From Promethearchaeum syntrophicum (GTDB lineage Archaea; Asgardarchaeota; Lokiarchaeia; Sigyniarchaeales; Promethearchaeaceae), in the NCBI RefSeq assembly GCF_008000775.2, contig NZ_CP042905.2, positions 2,850,001-2,882,000 of the forward strand: 32,000 nt of DNA, written 5' to 3'. Below are positions 18,559-28,100 of this stretch, in pieces. The notes beneath the pieces are model-generated. The model ran no database searches. It worked only from the letters and a program-made list of their open reading frames with translations, and was not told the DNA's origin. Within the stretch, counting starts at the first letter, position 1. Every line of letters begins with the position of its first letter. The translations under genes and the position numbers were made by a program.

Positions 18559-19167
18559 TCATTCTAAATTTTGGATAAGACTTTTAATGGAATCCTCAAT
18601 AAGTTTTTGACTTTTTTTTATCATTTCAGCGTCTTTATAAATTTTGGCGAGATAATTAGTAAAAATGAGATTATAGAGTAGAGATAGATCTTGATTTCCC
18701 TCTTCATCCAAACTGTTTAATTCTTTCTTAATTTTTTTGGTAAGTGTCTGATTGTTCTTTATAAGGAATTTTTCTATCCAAGACCACCCATTAACATCAA
18801 AAACTTGTTGTCTAATATTTTCGAGGGTTTTCGTAATAACAAGATAATAAATCATGATATCATCGCTATCGGTTTCAACCATCGCTTCAATATTTTGCTC
18901 GATATTGACTTGGAGAGAACTTAGATCAAGAGAAAATTTTTCTTCCAGCGCGTTTAGATAGGATGCAATGTCGTTATCGTAGATAAAAGAGAATACTTTA
19001 TCCAGATCAGCAATAAAGAAGGCTAAAAGTTTTTCTAATCCGCTGATTTCAACATAATCTCTCACATTTTTTCCCATCAATAAATCTTGACCTTCTCCCC
19101 TTACAACTAACGCATAAACACCTAATTGAAGCATTTCATTTTGAATTTCAGACATTTTTTCCCCCAC
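18559..19167 (-). CDS. Hypothetical mostly helical protein
   Basis: 202-aa ORF in the same orientation as the previous one. Met at codon 5 (MSEIQNEM...) is a plausible alternative start. Confidence 0.6.
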   Translation of the reverse strand: MGEKMSEIQNEMLQLGVYALVVRGEGQDLLMGKNVRDYVEISGLEKLLAFFIADLDKVFSFIYDNDIASYLNALEEKFSLDLSSLQVNIEQNIEAMVETDSDDIMIYYLVITKTLENIRQQVFDVNGWSWIEKFLIKNNQTLTKKIKKELNSLDEEGNQDLSLLYNLIFTNYLAKIYKDAEMIKKSQKLIEDSIKSLIQNLE

Positions 19168-19405
19168 TTTACTAAAATTTTAAGATATTACAAAAAATAT
19201 TGATGGTTAATTTCTATTAGATTCTATCGTCTTAAATAATTTTAAGATTTTGGATTTAATATATAAATCTCATTTACATTTAAATTTCGGATAGATTTTT
19301 TTCCATATCTTTGATTTAATTTATTTTATTTTATTTTTATTTATTTTGCTTTCTGTTGATTTTTGCGAATAATGCATTGGAAAATTCTAATAATATAAAA
19401 TAATT

Positions 19406-20227
19406 ATGTTCAATCAGAGTATAATCATGGAAAATTATGAAAATCTTACGATTAAAGTAGAAAAACTCTCAAAATCATTTAAAGAAGTTCAAGCAGTTAA
19501 TGACTTGTCTTTCCATATTAAAAAAGGAGAAATATACGGACTACTAGGTCCAAATGGTGCTGGAAAAACTACCACAATTAAGTTAATCTTAGGATTGTTA
19601 GAACCCGAAGTGGGAAACATCTCAGTTTTAGGATTAGATCCTGAAAAAAATGAAATTGAAATTAAAAACCAAGTTGGATATGTATCTGAAGAACCATTGA
19701 TTTACAAATCACTTACTCCCAAGGAATTATTCAATTTTATTGCGTCTATTAGAAAATTAGACGGGGATAAAACTACTCCAAAATTAGCACAATATTTAGA
19801 AAGTTTGAGCGCTGTTGAATATTATGAAAGGCTAATCTCAACACTTTCACGTGGAAATAAGCAAAAAATTCAAATCATTGCAGCTATTATGCATGATCCA
19901 GAAATTCTTATCATGGATGAACCGTTGACTGGATTAGATGCAAAATCTGTTAAGGTTGTAAAGGAAATCTTGGAATTGCACACAAATCGAGGAGGAGCTG
20001 TTTTATTTTCGACCCATATTATGGAAATAGCAGAGGACATCTGTGATCGCATAGGTATTATTAACCAAGGTAAGATGGTTGCAGAAGGAACCATGGAAAC
20101 TCTTAAGCAAAGTGTTAGTGCAATGGGAGAAAATTTGGATTTGGAAGATATTTTTCTAAAATTGACTGAACAAGATGATTCTATTAATCATATCATAGAA
20201 AATCTACGAAAAACGATGAATTTGTAA
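19406..20227 (+). CDS. ABC-2 type exporter ATP-binding protein
   Basis: GLLGPNGAGKTTTIK Walker A, LSRGNKQKIQIIAA signature, ILIMDEPLTGLD Walker B. Confidence 0.92.
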   Translation: MFNQSIIMENYENLTIKVEKLSKSFKEVQAVNDLSFHIKKGEIYGLLGPNGAGKTTTIKLILGLLEPEVGNISVLGLDPEKNEIEIKNQVGYVSEEPLIYKSLTPKELFNFIASIRKLDGDKTTPKLAQYLESLSAVEYYERLISTLSRGNKQKIQIIAAIMHDPEILIMDEPLTGLDAKSVKVVKEILELHTNRGGAVLFSTHIMEIAEDICDRIGIINQGKMVAEGTMETLKQSVSAMGENLDLEDIFLKLTEQDDSINHIIENLRKTMNL

Positions 20228-20263
20228 GATTTTAAAAAAAAATTTAGGATAAAAACGATTGAA

Positions 20264-21997
20264 ATGAAAAACAAACAGTTATACAAAATATCAAAGTATG
20301 CCTATAAAGAAGCATTTTTAGAAAGCCAATTGGAAATGGCAGGAGTAAACCAAGCACAAATTCTCGAAAAAATGGAAAAGAATGCAAAATATATGCGTAC
20401 TCAAGATATAGCAATGAAAATTGTAGTTATGATATATCTTGCATCAATGGTTATTTTACCTGTTCAAGTGTTTGGGCTATTGAATAATACAATTGGGAGA
20501 GGAATACCTGCCCAATGGGCAATTTTTGCAGGTGGAATTTCCTTTAGTATCTTTTTTGCGATTCAGCTAATGTTTTTACTCACATTTGGAGTATATATTT
20601 CATCAGGATTTTTTTCGGGAGAAGAGTTCAAATGGTTATCAACATTACCGCTATCCAAAAAAGAGCTTCATAAGGTAACATTATTTACATTTTTCCGAAC
20701 AGTAGATGCTCAATTTTTTGCTTTAACTCTTGGATTTCCTATTGCTACGTTTTTTGCTACAAAAAACATTCTTATTACTTTCATCAGTCTCATCGTATCT
20801 TTATTGAATATGGTTTTTTCGATTGGGATTCTCGCTGTATTAGGTGAAAAATTACATAGAATAATGAAAAACTCAGATGTAACCTCGAAAAAGGCTTCAT
20901 TAATTCGGGTTTCTGTAATGGTTGGATATGCTGTCTTGACAATAGGGATTGCTTTAAGTTTTAATTTAATAGTTCCTAAAATTGAACCATTTTTTTTGAA
21001 TTATCCTACAAATTTAGATCCATATGAATTTGTAAACAAATTTATTGGAATTATACCCTATCCTTTCAGCGGGGGTTTTTTAATATCAAATTTATATATT
21101 AATTCTCAAGATGTCCCTTTCGCCCAATATTTTACTCCAATTTTAGGAATTATTTTACTAATTATTATAAATCTCCGGTTTTATCGAACTGTAATGAAAA
21201 AGATGAATAATCTTATTTTTAAAAAAACAGGACGATTACAGGATGAGGAAAAACTAAAAATAACCGAAATTAAAGACATAAAACTAATAACCGTAAAACC
21301 TATGAACGCTTTTTTCAAGAGAGATAAAAAAATGGCATCTAGGGATGTCCAAGTTATTATGATGATTGTGATGCCCATTTTATTACCATTCGTTAGTTTT
21401 GCATCCTTGGCGATCGGAGCTGAAGAAATAGGGAAAGATTTCGATATGGTTATTATGTTGATGAATCTCTCATATTGGATGATGAGCGGTGTTATAATAA
21501 TTGTCACTTTACTCAATATTGAAAGTTCTGGTGCAACAATAACTCAAGCGTTACCAATTAATCCTCGAGATCAAGCAATTGCAAAAATTAAATGGCTCTT
21601 GATCATTCTACCAATATCTTCATTTATTTCCCTTGTTCCATTTATTGGAAAAGAAGCTTTCGTAAAAAATTTTATTTATATCCTAATTACAATGAGTCTT
21701 GGACCTTTAACGGGAATTCTCACTTTATTATTACGCGTAAGGTTCTTTGGAAAATTGAAAAATAAATATGTTATGGGAGAAATAAATCTTGGAGCGAAAA
21801 TCTGGAAATGGGTGTTAATTGTTATTGTTGACATTATATTATATATTGTAATAGCAGCGGGATTTGGAATTATTCTATTAACTTATAATTTAGCAATTCT
21901 TTCACTAGTGTTTATTGTAGGCGAAGTAGTAATTCTTTTTATACTTAGTTTTTTTTTCAATCGAATGTTTCCGAAAAAACAAGTTCAAAAAATTTAA
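20264..21997 (+). CDS. ABC transporter permease, ABC-2-like multi-TM protein
   Basis: 577 aa with many hydrophobic segments, directly downstream of the ATPase. Confidence 0.8.
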   Translation: MKNKQLYKISKYAYKEAFLESQLEMAGVNQAQILEKMEKNAKYMRTQDIAMKIVVMIYLASMVILPVQVFGLLNNTIGRGIPAQWAIFAGGISFSIFFAIQLMFLLTFGVYISSGFFSGEEFKWLSTLPLSKKELHKVTLFTFFRTVDAQFFALTLGFPIATFFATKNILITFISLIVSLLNMVFSIGILAVLGEKLHRIMKNSDVTSKKASLIRVSVMVGYAVLTIGIALSFNLIVPKIEPFFLNYPTNLDPYEFVNKFIGIIPYPFSGGFLISNLYINSQDVPFAQYFTPILGIILLIIINLRFYRTVMKKMNNLIFKKTGRLQDEEKLKITEIKDIKLITVKPMNAFFKRDKKMASRDVQVIMMIVMPILLPFVSFASLAIGAEEIGKDFDMVIMLMNLSYWMMSGVIIIVTLLNIESSGATITQALPINPRDQAIAKIKWLLIILPISSFISLVPFIGKEAFVKNFIYILITMSLGPLTGILTLLLRVRFFGKLKNKYVMGEINLGAKIWKWVLIVIVDIILYIVIAAGFGIILLTYNLAILSLVFIVGEVVILFILSFFFNRMFPKKQVQKI

Positions 21998-22001
21998 ATT
22001 G
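21988..22001 (+). promoter_or_regulatory. Conserved TATA-like element upstream of ncRNA-like repeat copy 1
   Basis: AAAAATTTAAATTG, identical 14-mer at 22241-22254. Each is exactly 22 nt before ATCCCTGG. Overlaps the ABC permease stop codon. Confidence 0.6.
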
Positions 22002-22022
22002 TGAAAACCAAATATTAATACA

Positions 22023-22170
22023 AATCCCTGGCGTTTCTCTTAATTGAGGAAGCTGCAGTGAGACACTGCAGTGGAATACTAAGGAATTCATATTACAATA
22101 CTGATCCATACATGGCGTCTGGATAAGTTTCCGATCGGAGATCGGAAAAATGCTGTAGTTTGCAGGGATT
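22023..22170 (+). ncRNA. Retron-like ncRNA (msr-msd-like), copy 1
   Basis: Terminal inverted repeat AATCCCTG (22023-22030)/CAGGGATT (22163-22170). Hairpins TTTCTC/GAGGAA, CTGCAGTG-AGA-CACTGCAG, ATCCATAC/GTCTGGAT, TTTCCGATC-GGA-GATCGGAAA. Enclosing stem ATTACA/TGTAGT. T-rich tail. Confidence 0.7.
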
Positions 22171-22240
22171 ATACTTTTTCCATAGCTTTTAATTCTAAAG
22201 AAATTACCAAACTAGTCATAGATCTTTAGTATTTCATACT

Positions 22241-22254
22241 AAAAATTTAAATTG
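22241..22254 (+). promoter_or_regulatory. Conserved TATA-like element upstream of ncRNA-like repeat copy 2
   Basis: AAAAATTTAAATTG, same 22-nt spacing to ATCCCTGG as copy 1. Confidence 0.6.
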
Positions 22255-22275
22255 ATAAAATTAAATATAAACTTG

Positions 22276-22425
22276 AATCCCTGGAGTTTCTCTTAATTGA
22301 GGAAGCTGCAGTGAGACACTGCAGTTGAATACGAAGGAATCTATATTACAATACTCATCCATACATGGCGTATGGATGACTTTTTCACACTTTGTGCGAA
22401 AAACATGCTGTAGTTGGCAGGGATT
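22276..22425 (+). ncRNA. Retron-like ncRNA (msr-msd-like), copy 2
   Basis: AATCCCTG (22276-22283)/CAGGGATT (22418-22425). Same two 5' hairpins, CATCCATAC-ATGGC-GTATGGATG, TTTTTCACAC-TTT-GTGCGAAAAA (one mismatch), enclosing ATTACA/TGTAGT, followed by ATATTTTTTT. Confidence 0.7.
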
Positions 22426-22445
22426 ATATTTTTTTCCTATTATTT

Positions 22446-24020
22446 TTATTTTCTATTTAGTTCTCTTAATTTCTGAAAGAGAAGAGAAAATTTATTTGCT
22501 TTTTCTGGATTCACCATGTGTAAATAGGCAATTTTGCCTTGAAGTTGATTGTAAATGATATCTCCTTCTTCTCCTTGGGGCAATCCAAATTTCTGGTATC
22601 GATATAACTCCCCCCTTAAAGAATTCACCCATTTTCTATCAACATTGAGCTTCTCATTCACTATGATTCCGGTAACTGCCTTTCGATTTCCTTTTCTGAA
22701 TACTTTCGTTTTTTTTAAATTTGGATACAATTTTTCATCCCGAATGATATGATAAACAGATGCAATGAATTTTCTAACTTGGATCTTTTCATTTATTGAT
22801 GAAAAAGTTAGATCATCGGCATACCTTGTATATTTCAAGCCATATTTATTCGCTAATCCATTTATTCTGACATCCATTCTTGAAGCATACAAATTACCAA
22901 TCATGGGACTGGTTGGTGCTCCTTGTGGAACAAATCTTTTTGAGTGATACCAATCAGTACATAAGCAAGCAAGTACACCAGATACTGGCCTGTTATATCC
23001 GATACCTCGAAAAACATGTAGAACATGCCAGAATTTTAATGAGGGAAAGAAATTGAGGAGATCGATTTTTATAAGAGTATTTGCCTTAAGATGAATACGA
23101 GCATTATCTACTGTAGATTTTCCAGGTACAAAACCATAACAATAATCGGGAATTTCCACTTTTTCAAGAATATCCCGTAAAATTTTTAGTTGTAGCTGTT
23201 TTAACCAATAATTCGGGTTTGAAATTAGACGTCTCTTTTTATTTGGAAATTCAATAAATTTATGAGTATAAAATGGACTTTCAAGTTCTTTGAATGATGG
23301 TATTTCAATTTCAGGTTGTTTTTTGGATTTCTTCTTTTTTTCTTCCTTTAATTCTGAGTAAGATTTTTTTATATATCTATAATCATCTGGAATAGTGTTT
23401 TGTCCAAAATTCTCAAACATTTTTTTCCGTTTTATATAATAAGCTGTCCTTTTAGTTTTTTGATTATATGAATAACCCAATAAAGCATTTACTCTAATCT
23501 TAAAATAAAGTGCAAGGTCGATTATTGAATTAAATTGTGGGATGGTATGTTCTGGTTTTAATTTGAAATGGAATTTCTTTTTGAAATGCTTTTTATCATA
23601 AACTTCTTTATTCAAGCCAGGACCGAAATATACCCGTCTTAAAAGAGGAAAAATTTCTTCAATTTGTTTTATCCTTTCATTAGGTAATTCATTTGTATGT
23701 TTGTTAATAATATTAAGCATTGAACGCTTTAGAATGGTGTTTTTTAATGATTTATCACCTGTTCTAAATTTATAATTAATTGTTTTCCTAATAGACTGTA
23801 AATATGTTTTAAAATATTCATCCGAAAGACTTTGAATGTTATAATATATTTCCTTTTCAATGCTTGGTTCATTAGATTTAATATATTTATTCCAACGATA
23901 ATCACCATGTAAATATCCGCTATATCCTAATAATTTGGCGAGACATAAACAAAAAACAAAAATCATGAAAGCGATAATAATAAGACCAGCTGCTTCTCCA
24001 GATAATCCTTCTAATAACAT
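22446..24020 (-). CDS. Retron-type reverse transcriptase with N-terminal transmembrane segment and long N-terminal extension
   Basis: 524 aa. VDNARIH (NAxxH), IKIDLLNFFPSL, QGAPTSPMIGNL, YTRYADDLTFS, KAVTGIIVNEK (VTG). N-terminal LIIIAFMIFVFCLCLAKLLG. Confidence 0.88.
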   Translation of the reverse strand: MLLEGLSGEAAGLIIIAFMIFVFCLCLAKLLGYSGYLHGDYRWNKYIKSNEPSIEKEIYYNIQSLSDEYFKTYLQSIRKTINYKFRTGDKSLKNTILKRSMLNIINKHTNELPNERIKQIEEIFPLLRRVYFGPGLNKEVYDKKHFKKKFHFKLKPEHTIPQFNSIIDLALYFKIRVNALLGYSYNQKTKRTAYYIKRKKMFENFGQNTIPDDYRYIKKSYSELKEEKKKKSKKQPEIEIPSFKELESPFYTHKFIEFPNKKRRLISNPNYWLKQLQLKILRDILEKVEIPDYCYGFVPGKSTVDNARIHLKANTLIKIDLLNFFPSLKFWHVLHVFRGIGYNRPVSGVLACLCTDWYHSKRFVPQGAPTSPMIGNLYASRMDVRINGLANKYGLKYTRYADDLTFSSINEKIQVRKFIASVYHIIRDEKLYPNLKKTKVFRKGNRKAVTGIIVNEKLNVDRKWVNSLRGELYRYQKFGLPQGEEGDIIYNQLQGKIAYLHMVNPEKANKFSLLFQKLRELNRK

Positions 24021-24173
24021 TCTTTTGTGTACTCCTTACATTTTTGATTAATAGTAATATCTTACTTATTGCACATTTTCTTAATATTTCTTTGTATCCT
24101 TTTAGAAAAATTTGTATTTGAACCTAAAGATAAATAAAAATTATTAGTCAATAATTGATTCTAGTTCAATGGA

Positions 24174-25196
24174 ATGAAAAAATTAATTCTTGTTCAATGG
24201 AATGTTAAAACGGGACCTTTAAACTTGGTTCAATTCCCGCCTGAAGAAGAAATTATTCCAAATGAATTTCTTTTAAAAATCTGGGCAAAACATGAGATGA
24301 ACTCAGATTCTAATTTCTGTTCTTTAAAAGAAGGAAAAAAATATTATTGTTCACTATTAAAAATTCACAAAATAGAAAATCAACCTTATTTTATCATATT
24401 GGAATTGGATGAAAATGATGATGTGCGAATTTTTGAGGAGATTCTAGAAAATATTGCTGAAGATTTAATCCTTAAAGTCGGTAAACCTTATTTTTCTCAT
24501 GTTTTGACAGAAACATATACAACAATTAAACATTATTCAGATTTAGATGAGTTTCAAATATTTTTAAGATTATTTGAGGATAAAAACCGCATAGATATTT
24601 TACATATTTTAAGAAAGGGAGTGATTTCTAAGCCTAAATTAGAACAGAATCTTGAAGAACAATTCGGTTATGCAAATTTAAATCTAGATTTATTACTGAC
24701 TCCTTTCATCAGATTAGGTATGATATCAGTTTTAAATGATCCAGGGAGTAATATATCATTTTATTTAACGTATGATGCTTATGCATGTCGAATACCTCCG
24801 AAACAATCCCCAAAAGTAGTTGATCTAGAACAGAAAATCATAAAATTTTTCTCAATTCCTCAAATCTTAGATGATGATTTACTTCAAGATATCGTGAAGT
24901 TACATCAGCAACCAGGTGTGAAAGAATTAAACTCGCTCTTAAGAGAAGATGTTCCAAATGGAATAGATTATGAGATTGCACTAACTACAGTTAGAAATGA
25001 TCCTACAATATTGGAGGAGCTTGAAAGATTTTCTTTTATTTATATATATGAAGAAAAACAAGTGTTTTTATTTTCTAATTTGCAATTTGTGAAATTTAAT
25101 CCTAGCTATCTTTTGCATATTTTGAAAAAACGTTATGAATCAAAGGAAATTTCTTTAGAACAATTGATTCATCAAATAGAATTTATTTCAAAATAA
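24174..25196 (+). CDS. Longin-like N-terminus plus helical/winged-helix-like C-terminus, hypothetical
   Basis: MKKLILVQWNVKTGPLNLVQFPPEE... resembles longin-type N-termini; 'EDKNRIDILHILRKGVISKPKLEQNLEEQFGYANLNLDLLLTPFIRLGMISVLNDPG' reads as a wHTH. Confidence 0.65.
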   Translation: MKKLILVQWNVKTGPLNLVQFPPEEEIIPNEFLLKIWAKHEMNSDSNFCSLKEGKKYYCSLLKIHKIENQPYFIILELDENDDVRIFEEILENIAEDLILKVGKPYFSHVLTETYTTIKHYSDLDEFQIFLRLFEDKNRIDILHILRKGVISKPKLEQNLEEQFGYANLNLDLLLTPFIRLGMISVLNDPGSNISFYLTYDAYACRIPPKQSPKVVDLEQKIIKFFSIPQILDDDLLQDIVKLHQQPGVKELNSLLREDVPNGIDYEIALTTVRNDPTILEELERFSFIYIYEEKQVFLFSNLQFVKFNPSYLLHILKKRYESKEISLEQLIHQIEFISK

Positions 25197-28100
25197 TTCG
25201 GGCATAGGATATACATTCTGCATTGATTAATAATTGTTTATACTTTTTCAACCGTTTTAATTGTTCAGGTAAGTCGAACTCTAAATTTTCTAAATTTCTC
25301 TCCCATCTTTCACGTTCGTTTTCAAGGTACTGAACTTCTTTCTTAATTTTATTGAAATTTTCCATCCTTTTCTTTTTTCGAGACGTATCACTTATCTTCT
25401 CTAGATTATCTATTTGCCGTTCAGTTGGCATTTTTAACTTTTTGGCTCTTAATTTTTGTTCAATTTTCTGAAGTTGAACTTCTGAAAAATTTTTTTTTTG
25501 TTCTGCTGATTTAATTATTCTTTTACGTTTTTGAAAATAGGAATCTCGATTTAATTTCGTTAATTCCTGTGTTCTTTTTTGAATCCAATTTTTAGTAGAT
25601 TTAATGGAAATATCATAACATTTCTTTAGGAAATCTTCAGATATATGAAAATCTTGTTTAGCATGAGCATAATTCTGATTTTCTGAAATAACTTCATTAA
25701 AATTGTGAGGGCGAGAGATAAAATCTGATAATGATGGAAGTAGGTCAAATTCATCAGAAATAAATACAGGAATGACAATTTTTTCGATAATAATTCCTAA
25801 AAATTTTATTTCAAATAAAAATAGGTTAAGACCTGTTTCATTTCTTAATAACTTCTGAACGATAGGAACTTCTCCAGCTTTTAAACGCACCAAGTAAGGA
25901 TTCATAAAATACGACGCTAGTTTTTTTATATCTAAGAATAGAAGGCTAGCTGACCCTCCAAAATTATCTTTTTTACACCAATCAATTAAATTCATTATTA
26001 ACGGATGGCCTAAAGCATAAAAATCGTATTCTTCTTGATCTTTAGCCAAATCAATGTTAAAAACCCCTTGATATCTTGTGTCTTCAGCTTTCATACATTT
26101 TCGATATTTTTCGGATAAATTTATATTCCAAACTCCTTTGGTTCGAGGGTTATTTTTGATTGCTAATTCAATGGGCAGTTTTTCGTATTTATTTGGGATT
26201 AATTGGTTTTTTTTCATATAATTTGAAAATCTATTGATAAATGAGAAAATATCTATTCCCGATAATAAATCGGGATTATTTATATCTTTCGAGATATAAT
26301 CATACTGAAAAGAACGTTTGTCTAATATAAGATCTTCTAACTTATCATAAATTTCATGAATTTTATTTGATGTTTTTGATATAGTTTCATCTATACGAAA
26401 TTTTCGAGGTATTTCATTATCTTTTAGAACTAGATTAGTAATTTGTCTTTCAAGTTTTCCTAAAATAGGTTCTAAAGCTCCAATAGATTCTTCAAATAAT
26501 TTAATACGATTAAGAATTGCAGTTACAATTGATGATTCAACTGTATCCTTGATGAAAAAATTATAAATTAACACATTTTTTTTTTGACCAAATCGATCAA
26601 GACGTCCAATTCTCTGTTCAAGCCTCATTGGATTCCATGGTAAATCATAATTAACAATAATATGGCAAAATTGGAAATTTCTTCCTTCGCCTCCAATTTC
26701 AGTAGATAATAAAATTGAACCTTCCTGTTTAAATGAAGATACTGATTGATTTTTTTGTTTTTCATCTAAATCTCCATGAAATTGGAAGACTTTGTAACCT
26801 TTTTTCTCGAGTAATCGGGTTAAATAAAAGAGCGTTGCTTTAAACTGTGTAAAAATGATAATTTTTTCATCAGGTGCATCATCCATTATTTCTTGAATTA
26901 TTTCAACTAAATTTTCTGCTTTAGAATCATATTGAAGGTTTTCAAGATCTTTTACAAATTCACGGAGTATTTGGATATGAGTTTTAATATTGAGATTTGT
27001 TTCCTTTTTTGGGATCATTTTACGCTGTCTATTTTTAACAATTATTCGATCTTCTAGATCCAATTCTTCCAATCCCCAAGCATAATCTAAACTTGAATCT
27101 TCATCGGTAAATTCCAGAGATTTTTTGTAATCATCTTGCAATTTTAAAAGTAGATCTTGGTTTTCTTCAAGATATTTTATCCTTTTTTTCATACTTTTTA
27201 GGATTGCAGGAACTGAGCTTGTTAACAATTTCTGTAATATTACCATAACAAAACCTAACCCAGCAGGTCCTGATTCATAATTCTGGGAATAAACTTTTGC
27301 TAGGTAAAGGTGAATTCTGTTATAAACATCCAATTCTTCCTGAGTTAATTCTACCTCAATTACATGAGGGATTCTTCTTACTGGGTTATCTGGAAAAACT
27401 ATTCTACGGCGATTTCTAATTATAAACTTGCTCAAAAAATGTTGATTTTCTAATTTTTGAATTAGAGCTTCCCTATGATGAGGAAATCTTAAGGTTTGAT
27501 CAAATCCATTTGAATCAATATTGATGTTAAATGAGGAAATCTGATATTTAAGAGCATTTCTTTCGTATGTATTTATTCGAGTAAAATTTCGCAGATTTTT
27601 GACTATTGTATTCAATAACGGTATTTTTTTCCTTTCTATTTCAAATGATTCATAGTTACTGAATTCGTAGGGATTTAATAACTGAATTAAAGAAAAGAGA
27701 TCAAAAGAATGAAGCTGAATAGGGGTTGCTGTTAATAATAGTAGACTTTTACTCTTTTCAGATAATTTTTCTGCTAATTCATATGCTAATGTTGTTCGAT
27801 ATTGCCCGGTTTTTTGATTTGTTAGATATCTTCGCAAATGATGAGCTTCATCGAAAATTACAATATCCCATTCCATCTGTGTTAAAATGGAATAACATTG
27901 ATTTAAGCGAGCATATTGCAGAGATACCGTTAATAGTGAATATTCTTTAGAGGACTTTATATGCTGTAAATTTCCTGAATTGTAGTTAATTTTCAATTTT
28001 TTGAGTAAAGCTGAGTTTAATCGAGTAAAATGAAGATTGAATTTATTTTTCATCTCAAACTCCCATTGTCCAGTAATTGAAGCAGGAGTTATGATTAGAA

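Noticed and set aside
22023-22425. Repeats as a diversity-generating retroelement TR/VR pair or as group II intron RNA parts next to the RT
   Set aside because: Both copies are non-coding and differences are not adenine-specific. No VR-bearing target gene is visible, and no group II domain V or maturase/endonuclease region is seen in the RT.
22325-22947. Plus-strand ORFs 22325-22558, 22555-22752 and 22765-22947
   Set aside because: They lie antisense within the strongly supported RT gene, or overlap ncRNA copy 2. Their composition is low-quality and they have no motifs.
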